Virus record (IMG/VR): IMGVR_UViG_3300037419_002027
Span: 1 to 38,810 of that record
Length of the DNA stretch: 38,810 bases
DNA from: a virus
Lineage: Duplodnaviria > Caudoviricetes
Reading direction: 5' to 3' (one strand)
The notes beneath the pieces were generated by a model that worked only from the letters and a program-made list of their open reading frames with translations, had not been told where the DNA came from and searched no databases. The position numbers were made by a program, and so were the translations under genes. Shown here in pieces: positions 19,969 to 26,518 of this stretch (its first letter is position 1; each line of letters opens with the position of its first letter).

Positions 19969-20472
19969 ATGACCTTCCGCGCAGCGTTTTACAAAGGTGT
20001 GCACGCCGGCGTGCCGGGCATCTACAACCGCATCGTGCGCTGGTGGACGCGTAGCCCGTACTCGCACGTCGAACTGATCTTCTTCGACGGCGGTCCGGGC
20101 GCGGACAGCCAGGCCGCGTCCTCGTCCTACATGGACGGCGGTGTGCGGTTCAAGTGGTTCACATTCGACCCGGCCCTGTGGGACTTCGTCGATCTGCCGG
20201 ATGCCCTGGCGCTGCCTGCGCTGAGGTGGTTCTACGAGCACGAGTACGACGCATATGACTTGCTCGGCAACCTGCACTTCGTCGTGTCGGCCGTCGGCGA
20301 CGACAAGCGCAAGTGGTTCTGCTCGGAGGCGGTCGCCGCGGCACTCGGCATACCGGATCCTGCGCGATTTGATCCCGGGACGCTACACGCGGCCCTCAGC
20401 TTTCTCAACCAACCTGCTCCGGCAGGTTTTTTTACGCCTGCGGCGGAAAGCATTCAATGTTCGACCAGGTAA
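19969..20472 (+). CDS. Permuted papain-like (YiiX/C92-type) hydrolase
   Basis: YSHVEL (His) precedes YD..G and WFCSE (Cys). Confidence 0.65.
   Translation: MTFRAAFYKGVHAGVPGIYNRIVRWWTRSPYSHVELIFFDGGPGADSQAASSSYMDGGVRFKWFTFDPALWDFVDLPDALALPALRWFYEHEYDAYDLLGNLHFVVSAVGDDKRKWFCSEAVAAALGIPDPARFDPGTLHAALSFLNQPAPAGFFTPAAESIQCSTR
20411..20433 (+). terminator. Intrinsic terminator before lysis cassette
   Basis: AACCTGC-TCCG-GCAGGTT followed by T run. Confidence 0.6.
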
Positions 20473-20645
20473 AACACGTCCTCGACGTCGGTTCGACCTT
20501 GGCTGCGGCCGTGACGGTCCTCGGCTGGGTCGTCAACGCGCTACCGCCGCTCGCGGCCCTCGCATCGATCCTCTGGATCGGATTTCAGTGGTACCACTCG
20601 GCGCCGATGAAGGAATGGCGCCAACAACGAAAGGCCAAGACATGA
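20457..20645 (+). CDS. Small membrane protein, putative holin/antiholin
   Basis: 62 aa, hydrophobic core, basic C-terminus; upstream of endolysin. Confidence 0.6.
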   Translation: MFDQVKHVLDVGSTLAAAVTVLGWVVNALPPLAALASILWIGFQWYHSAPMKEWRQQRKAKT

Positions 20646-20896
20646 AGACCCAACTCATCGCCTGGGCGCAGGTGGCGCGCAAGAACGTGTGGGCGCTGCT
20701 GCTGGTGGCGTATCCGTTCGCTGATCAGATCATCGCCAGCATCGAAGGCTGGATGCCGGCTCTGGCGCCGCACCTCGGCGCGAACACCTTCCGCTACATG
20801 GGCCTGGCCATCGTCGCGGCAAAGGTCGGGCTGCAGGTATACCGCGGTTGGCTGCAGGTCAAAGTGCTGCTTACGAAGAAAGTTGGAGGTACGTGA
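20642..20896 (+). CDS. Small membrane protein, putative (pin)holin
   Basis: 84 aa, two hydrophobic segments; ATGA overlap. Confidence 0.55.
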   Translation: MKTQLIAWAQVARKNVWALLLVAYPFADQIIASIEGWMPALAPHLGANTFRYMGLAIVAAKVGLQVYRGWLQVKVLLTKKVGGT

Positions 20897-20897
20897 C

Positions 20898-21389
20898 ATG
20901 GCGACGGACCAGATCAAGAAGTCGCGGCGCGGCCTGCTCGCCGTTGTCGGCGCAGTCTCCGCCACACTGCTGCTGGCGTTCACGCCAGTGCAGGAAGGGC
21001 GCGTCCTCAAGACGTACCGAGACATCGGCGGTGTACTGACGTATTGCGATGGCGCTACCGAGAACGCGCAGGCTGGCCGGAAGTACACGCCGGCCGAGTG
21101 CGACGCCCAGCTGGACCGTGACCTGGAGCGGCACGCCGCCGGCATCGCGAAGTGCGTACCGATGGACCGGCTCACTGACGGGCAGCGCGTGGCGTTCGTC
21201 GACGTCGCCTACAACATCGGTGTGCAAGCGTTCTGCAGCTCGAGCATGGCGCGGCGCGCGAATGCGGGCGACATGGTCGCCGCGTGCGATGCGCTGCTGC
21301 TGTGGAACCGGGCCGGCGGCCGCGAGGTGGCCGGATTGACGCGCCGCCGCGAGCGCGAGCGCGAATTATGCCGCCGGGGGCTGTCGTGA
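20898..21389 (+). CDS. SAR endolysin, GH24 lysozyme
   Basis: GGAGG RBS; basic tip then Gly/Ala-rich hydrophobic segment; E-8x-D-5x-T triad in EGRVLKTYRDIGGVLT; GLTRRR. Confidence 0.92.
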   Translation: MATDQIKKSRRGLLAVVGAVSATLLLAFTPVQEGRVLKTYRDIGGVLTYCDGATENAQAGRKYTPAECDAQLDRDLERHAAGIAKCVPMDRLTDGQRVAFVDVAYNIGVQAFCSSSMARRANAGDMVAACDALLLWNRAGGREVAGLTRRRERERELCRRGLS

Positions 21390-21892
21390 ACCGCCTCGAG
21401 GACTTCGCCGTCCGCGTGATGCTGCTGATCGTGCTGGCGATTGCCGGCTGGTTTGGCCTACGACACTACGGCGCCGGCCGATATCAGGACGGCTACGCCG
21501 CGGCGGTCTTCTCCGGCAAGCAACAGCTCGACCGCGAGACTGCTACCAACCGTGAATCCGAGTCGGACCTGCGCGCTCAGCTGGCCACGCGCGACGCCGA
21601 CGCTCATAAAAAGGAACAGGAACATGCCCAAGCTGTCGAAGTTGCTCAGCGTCGCGTGCGCACTGGCACTGACCGGCTGCGCTGCCCAGCCGGGCCAGTA
21701 TCAGTCGCCGCCGCGCCCAACGATCGACCCGTTGCCACCGGATCTGCAACTGACGGAAAGGGATCGGACCTTGTGCCGGAGGTTGCTGCAGAGGTTCTCG
21801 GCGACGGAGCAGACGTTGCAGGACTCGTGCGGCGATACGAGCGCGTCGTCCAGCGGTTTGAAGCCTGCCGGGCTTTGAATGCGGTGCCGTAA
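21386..21892 (+). CDS. Rz: i-spanin
   Basis: GTGA overlap; N-terminal TM helix then coiled coil. Confidence 0.8.
   Translation: MNRLEDFAVRVMLLIVLAIAGWFGLRHYGAGRYQDGYAAAVFSGKQQLDRETATNRESESDLRAQLATRDADAHKKEQEHAQAVEVAQRRVRTGTDRLRCPAGPVSVAAAPNDRPVATGSATDGKGSDLVPEVAAEVLGDGADVAGLVRRYERVVQRFEACRALNAVP
21624..21878 (+). CDS. Rz1: o-spanin lipoprotein embedded in Rz
   Basis: Lipobox LTGC; Pro-rich; nested in alternative frame. Confidence 0.85.
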   Translation: MPKLSKLLSVACALALTGCAAQPGQYQSPPRPTIDPLPPDLQLTERDRTLCRRLLQRFSATEQTLQDSCGDTSASSSGLKPAGL

Positions 21893-21931
21893 TGGAGTTC
21901 CACGTCATTACGCACAATGGTAGCTACCTGG

Positions 21932-22168
21932 TCATGGAGACTGAAGAGGGGCGAGTAGTGCAGGTGTGGCCTGCTCCACCGGAATCGCTGCCGCCTGCAG
22001 CTTGGTCTGGCGTCGTTCCAGCGGCCGGGTGAGCACACGCAGAATTGTGTCGTCCGTGATGCCGAGCTCACGCAAAGTGGTTTCGGCAAACCTCGTTCGA
22101 TGGTTTGCCGTTGCTTGTAGCACTGCGTCGATAAGCAGTGCGGAGAAATGATCAGTTCGCCTGTTCAT
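21932..22168 (-). CDS. Hypothetical protein (78 aa)
   Basis: GGAG RBS before ATG (MNRRTDHFS). Confidence 0.55.
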   Translation of the reverse strand: MNRRTDHFSALLIDAVLQATANHRTRFAETTLRELGITDDTILRVLTRPLERRQTKLQAAAIPVEQATPALLAPLQSP

Positions 22169-22256
22169 CTCTCCAGTTTGCCCCGAAGTAAGTCTGGTGA
22201 CTTGCGTAACGTCAACAATGCTGCTCAGCAGCATGTGTAAAGCCCGAATTGTTGAC

Positions 22257-22547
22257 TTACGTCAGCATTCCATGTTGCTGCGCATATTCGAACAGCGCAT
22301 CGTTCATGCGTGTCTGCCAGCCATCTCCGGTAGCCTTGAAGGCATCGACCACGCGCGCATCCAGGCGAATACTGGTGGGCACTTTCGTGACTTGTTGAGC
22401 CGGGCGGCCGCGTCCGCGCTTCGGCTTCACCTGCGCCCATTCCTCATCGGTGTACGGGCGTGCGTCCGGATCCTGCATAGCCGCCTTCGTGATCGCAGCA
22501 TCCTCGTCAGGGGTGGGGACAACCGTCCCCGGTTTAAGCTTCGGCAT
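22257..22547 (-). CDS. brnA: BrnA-family antitoxin
   Basis: RGRP..K..SIRLD..V..FKATGDGWQTRMN.AL motif. Confidence 0.9.
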   Translation of the reverse strand: MPKLKPGTVVPTPDEDAAITKAAMQDPDARPYTDEEWAQVKPKRGRGRPAQQVTKVPTSIRLDARVVDAFKATGDGWQTRMNDALFEYAQQHGMLT

Positions 22548-22800
22548 ATCGTTTCACCTCTCTGGAATTCGCCTTGCGCAGGCTGATGATGCGGCGGACA
22601 CTCTCACGATCGACATACACCACGTAATACAGACGAACGCCGATGTAGCCGATTGCGCACATGCGAGCTTCGCCGTAGTCCTGGCGGTCATCGCTCCAAG
22701 CCAAGGCTTCGTCCCATTCGAACTCAGCGGCGGCTGCGAGCGAAACACCGTGTTTTTCAGTGTTGGTTGCGTCCTTGACGGTGTCGTAAGTGATGTCCAT
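22534..22800 (-). CDS. brnT: BrnT-family RNase toxin
   Basis: K..N..KHG, DYGE.R, RIISLRKAN.RE motifs; overlaps brnA. Confidence 0.92.
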   Translation of the reverse strand: MDITYDTVKDATNTEKHGVSLAAAAEFEWDEALAWSDDRQDYGEARMCAIGYIGVRLYYVVYVDRESVRRIISLRKANSREVKRYAEA

Positions 22801-22806
22801 GTAATT

Positions 22807-22853
22807 ATTGTATATACGGCAAATGGAGAATGCAAGCGTTTTCCGTATATACG
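22807..22853 (-). promoter_or_regulatory. brnTA promoter with inverted-repeat operator
   Basis: TTGCAT-17-TACAAT on minus strand; GTATATACGG (22810-22819) inverted with CCGTATATAC (22843-22852). Confidence 0.65.
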
Positions 22854-22868
22854 ATAAATTACCTGATA

Positions 22869-22888
22869 TACTGTATAAAAGCACAGTA
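22869..22888 (+). promoter_or_regulatory. LexA (SOS) box overlapping an extended -10
   Basis: TACTGTATAAAAGCACAGTA = CTGT-N8-ACAG; TGnTATACT at 22864-22872. Confidence 0.8.
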
Positions 22889-22894
22889 AATAAC

Positions 22895-23140
22895 ATGACA
22901 TTTAAGCCACCGCTGACAAAAGAGCAACTTAGGGAGATTCAAGACCGGAACTTGGACTCGGCCGACGTCCGTGCCCTCTGCTGGGAAGTTGCCCGTCTTC
23001 GAGCGTTGCTGCTCCGTGCCGACCAGTTGCAGAGGTCGCTCGGCAACTTGGCCGGCGGCCCGGGTATTGTGCTGTCCGCGTTCCGGAACGAGATCAAGGA
23101 CGAGCCTTGCATCAAGGAATTTCCGCGAATCGGGGAATGA
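22895..23140 (+). CDS. Putative SOS-inducible hypothetical protein (81 aa)
   Basis: ATG 6 nt after the SOS box; followed by terminator. Confidence 0.7.
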   Translation: MTFKPPLTKEQLREIQDRNLDSADVRALCWEVARLRALLLRADQLQRSLGNLAGGPGIVLSAFRNEIKDEPCIKEFPRIGE

Positions 23141-23170
23141 AAAAAGCCGCCTCAAGGGCGGCTTCTTTTT
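23140..23170. terminator. Bidirectional intrinsic terminator
   Basis: A run, AAGCCGCC/GGCGGCTT stem, T run. Confidence 0.75.
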
Positions 23171-23260
23171 GTCTTCCGTTGGAAAATTCCCAAATTCGTT
23201 GGAAATCTCATTATGCGGAAAACTTAAATTCGCATAAGTCTTTGAATTCAAATTAATTCT

Positions 23261-23309
23261 TGGGGTGGCTGATGGGGCTCGAACCCACGACAACAGGAAT
23301 CACAATCCT
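23261..23309 (-). other. tRNA-His(GTG) 3' fragment, att-core-like
   Basis: Reverse complement AGGATTGTGATTCCTGTTGTCGTGGGTTCGAGCCCCATCAGCCACCCCA: anticodon arm, T arm, CCA; 5' half absent. Confidence 0.88.
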
Positions 23310-24084
23310 ATCTTCCCAAGAAAAATGGCTCGAATTGTCGGGCAGCGTTCTCAACCATTTCGCCTAAGTATCGTATAGTTCTGCTTAAAGGTCTCAACGT
23401 ATTGTCATTTTCTAGTTCTAAACACATGTTCAATGATATCTTTGGCTTTACATCAACCTTTATATTCTCTTGGAACTCGCCAGTGCATCCACTATAGTCT
23501 AATCGAAAAAGTTCACTTCCTTTAGACACGGGACCTACTCGCGCTTCCATTGCCATCCCATCTAACAAAAAATCTGCGCCGAGGCCAGTCGTGCTTGTTG
23601 CTACGATTGTGATAAAACGATGCTTATCATCGTTCGCTAAACGGTGCAAAACCCATAACCAGTGACTTTTCGGTTCGGTAGAGTTATACGGCTGCATTTC
23701 GAGGATTATTTTTTTCAACTCATCATTTAGCGCAGCTACTTGATCTAATCCACGTTTTTCAAATTCTTTCGAACTCTCGTAAATAGGGAATTGTGTGGCC
23801 TTTGGCGGAGTTGCCGTGAAGAGCAAAGATAGCTGCCAAATCATTTGGTCTAATGCAGACCGCAAATGCGTCACTACCTCGCCGGCCAAGATCCTAATTT
23901 CCAGTGGAATTTCCTTAAACTCTTCGACATAAACGATAACAATCTTTCTCTCAATATCGACGGTTTTAGTTATTCGAAGAGGTATGTCCATCATAAATTT
24001 TTTCCAAGCTTCTTCGAGGTCGATAAGATGTTTATGAGAGCGGGCGACCTTAAATAATATGTTGTTAAGTGCTTTCGGGTTCAT
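23308..24084 (-). CDS. Low-GC accessory protein, HEPN-like
   Basis: 258 aa, AT-rich; GEVVTHLRSALD, QFP, QPY and LANDDKHR motifs. Confidence 0.6.
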   Translation of the reverse strand: MNPKALNNILFKVARSHKHLIDLEEAWKKFMMDIPLRITKTVDIERKIVIVYVEEFKEIPLEIRILAGEVVTHLRSALDQMIWQLSLLFTATPPKATQFPIYESSKEFEKRGLDQVAALNDELKKIILEMQPYNSTEPKSHWLWVLHRLANDDKHRFITIVATSTTGLGADFLLDGMAMEARVGPVSKGSELFRLDYSGCTGEFQENIKVDVKPKISLNMCLELENDNTLRPLSRTIRYLGEMVENAARQFEPFFLGR

Positions 24085-24273
24085 TATCTCAACTGTTACC
24101 GCGCGAGGTGGCTGTCTAAATTCTGTGCACTTTTAGTCTTACTGCGCGCACAGATCGTTTCCGCAACCACTTTACTTGCACTTGAAAAATAACGCAAAAA
24201 TTGACAGCAAGTCGCATGATCTACGGAATCGATGTATGGATAAGATATTGATTTTACTTAATAAATCCGTAGA

Positions 24274-24331
24274 CTTGAAAACTGCCGACGGGGGAACCCG
24301 TTCGTGAGTTCGAATCTCACCGCTTCCGCCA
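24274..24331 (+). other. attP core: tRNA-Ser(TGA) 3' fragment
   Basis: CTTGAAAACTGCC..GTGAGTTCGAATCTCACCGCTTCCGCCA; begins at anticodon loop, long variable arm; next to integrase. Confidence 0.88.
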
Positions 24332-24342
24332 GGAAACATAAT

Positions 24343-24373
24343 TAAGCCCTTGAAATACAAGGCTTTTTTATTT
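24343..24373 (+). terminator. Terminator for the reconstituted tRNA-Ser
   Basis: AAGCCCTTG..CAAGGCTT hairpin followed by T run, just after CCA. Confidence 0.6.
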
Positions 24374-24457
24374 ACCCCGCCTCTTTAGCAGACCGCTAAT
24401 TGTTGCGTTCCTGCCTCGCCAATTTACAAGTTGCGGAAACGGTTTCCGCAACCACCG

Positions 24458-25516
24458 TCATTTCGTCGGCTTCACGACCTCGCCAACCCTGCGGTAAACC
24501 TTCTGCGTGATCTGCTTGTCCGTGTGGCCCAGCAGCTTGCTCGCGTCCTCCAGGCTGGTGATTTCGCTGGCCGCTTTCGGTCGGATGTCGCGGAATTGGA
24601 ACGCTTTAATGCGCGCGGCCAGCTCGGCCTTGCCTGCCTTCTTGGCCTCATCCGTCGCCACCGTGCGCGCGGCCTCGAACCTGCCGCGCAGCATCTTCAT
24701 CGTGAGTGGTTGGCCGCCTTCCGTACACACCAGCTCGCCGCTCATCGATTGCACCAAGCGCGCCTGCAGGCGTTCAACGCACGCGCCGAGCTCCGTGAGC
24801 ACGTCGTCGATCTTGAGCCGAATTCGCAGCGCGTGGCGCGTCTTGTTCTGCCGCACGTGCAGCTCGTCGTTACGGATGTCGTGTCGGCTCATCTTGAGCA
24901 CGTCAGCCGGCCGCTGTCCCGACAGGTAGCTCAGGTCCATAGCGTCGCGCAGCGCTTCGCTCCCCACCTTGTAGACCGCGTCCCACACATCCGCTTCCGC
25001 GTAATAGTCTCGCGGCGTTTCCTTGTTCTTGCGTACGCCGCGGCATGGGTTGTCCCGCTGCGTGAAGCCCCATTCTCGCGCCATGTTGAAGACGTGCGAG
25101 AGCAGCGCGATCTCGCGGTTTGCCCTGACCGGCGCTGACCTAGCGTCGCGGTAGCGCGCGACGTCCTGTGGCCGAATCGCATCGATCGGCGCGGCATCGA
25201 AGACCGGCCGCAGCTGCGCCAGGCAGAGCATGTTCTCTCGCTGGGTCGACGGCTTTTTCTTCGGCAGGATGTCGCGCACGTACTGGTCGAAGGCGTACTT
25301 CATCAGCGACGCGTCCGGGGGTGCCTCAACGCACTCCAGCTCAGCCCATTTCCTTTTCGCCGCGGCCAAGTCGGTGCCGAGCGGGATCTCGACCCGTTTC
25401 CCGTCCGGATCCCGGCCGTTGTAGTAGTAGCCGGTCCACGTCTTGCCTGACTTGAGAGTTCTCGTCCGCGCGAGCATGCGCGGCGGCAGCTTCCTGCCGC
25501 TTGTTTTCGGTCGCAT
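24458..25516 (-). CDS. int: Tyrosine integrase
   Basis: SGQRPADV (R), QNKT (K), FRDIR, LLGH..T..VY; converges on attP. Confidence 0.93.
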   Translation of the reverse strand: MRPKTSGRKLPPRMLARTRTLKSGKTWTGYYYNGRDPDGKRVEIPLGTDLAAAKRKWAELECVEAPPDASLMKYAFDQYVRDILPKKKPSTQRENMLCLAQLRPVFDAAPIDAIRPQDVARYRDARSAPVRANREIALLSHVFNMAREWGFTQRDNPCRGVRKNKETPRDYYAEADVWDAVYKVGSEALRDAMDLSYLSGQRPADVLKMSRHDIRNDELHVRQNKTRHALRIRLKIDDVLTELGACVERLQARLVQSMSGELVCTEGGQPLTMKMLRGRFEAARTVATDEAKKAGKAELAARIKAFQFRDIRPKAASEITSLEDASKLLGHTDKQITQKVYRRVGEVVKPTK

Positions 25517-25526
25517 TTCTTACCTG

Positions 25527-25787
25527 TTATCGAACCTTGGAAAAATCGGGCTGCCAGCCGGTCGCCTCTGGCGCGGCCAGCAAGGCCGGGTTGATACCGG
25601 CTAGCTTCAAGCGCGCGTACAGGCGCCCGACCTTCGGTTCGCCCGCGCGGTTCCGGATGAACACCCAGCCATTTTGCGACAGCCAGTCGATCTGGTCGCT
25701 CTTGCGGCTGCACCCGGATATCTCGCAGACCTCGTCCGCGCTCAACGTTTCTGACGGCAGGGGTAGTTCGAACATTGCGCTCATCAT
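25527..25787 (-). CDS. Excisionase-like protein (DUF4224-like)
   Basis: LSADEV.EISG..Q..WL..NG..F..G.P.V pattern; AAGGAG RBS; upstream of int. Confidence 0.75.
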   Translation of the reverse strand: MMSAMFELPLPSETLSADEVCEISGCSRKSDQIDWLSQNGWVFIRNRAGEPKVGRLYARLKLAGINPALLAAPEATGWQPDFSKVR

Positions 25788-25967
25788 TCACTCCTTGTTA
25801 CTGTCGGCCTTATATGGCGCCGGAAACACAGTTGGCATTTCGATCATTATTTTTCCGCTCAGTAGGCGTTTCCCAGCTACAGGTAAATCACTTATTCCTG
25901 CCGTTAGGAGAGTAAGTCTGCGATCCGCGTGTGTTAGCATTGTTGAAAATTTCCAACTGGAATCAAT

Positions 25968-26483
25968 ATGAGCACGAGTTATTCTGACGCTAGGGACCCG
26001 AACGCACGGGCAAGAGCTTTTGCAATTACCACGTGCCATCGGCGCTGCGTTGATCTGCTCAAGACTGGCATTTTCTCGAGTGAGGGTATGAAATCGCCGT
26101 TGTTTGAAGCTGCGGTCGTCAATCTGCTTATCAATTTGAACGACTTGGTGCGCAAAGCAGCTAATGATGGGAAGCGAATCACTTCTACTGCCCACGTTGA
26201 CGTAGTTGAGGGCGTCGGTGACGTCACCGACTTGATTACTAAGTGCCGAAATGCGGCCTGCCATATTGAAAGTCCGTTGCAGAATATCGACAGCAACCGG
26301 TGCCGATTCAATTTCGTTATCGGGCAGGGTACCGGCCCAGGTATGAATGGAGTCGAGCTGCGAAACGATTTTCAAGACGACATTGCCATCTTCTACGGCG
26401 CATATCGTCTCTACATTAAGCGCCATGTAATCGAGACGCTGCAACAGCTCGAGCAAATCTACCCGGCTGAGTTGGCCAACTGA
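25968..26483 (+). CDS. Accessory protein with HEPN-type Rx4H motif
   Basis: Opposite strand to neighbours, lower GC; KCRNAACH. Confidence 0.65.
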   Translation: MSTSYSDARDPNARARAFAITTCHRRCVDLLKTGIFSSEGMKSPLFEAAVVNLLINLNDLVRKAANDGKRITSTAHVDVVEGVGDVTDLITKCRNAACHIESPLQNIDSNRCRFNFVIGQGTGPGMNGVELRNDFQDDIAIFYGAYRLYIKRHVIETLQQLEQIYPAELAN

Positions 26484-26518
26484 TCGGCATACATCGGTAC
26501 CGGAGAAGTCGATTTGGT

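Larger units (their letters stand above)
24157..24455. repeat. Putative integrase arm-type sites
   Basis: GTTTCCGCAACCAC at 24157-24170 and 24442-24455; inverted GTTGCGGAAAC at 24430-24440. Confidence 0.65.

Noticed and set aside
23261-24331. Functional phage tRNA genes
   Set aside because: Both lack the 5' acceptor strand and D arm; they are fragments
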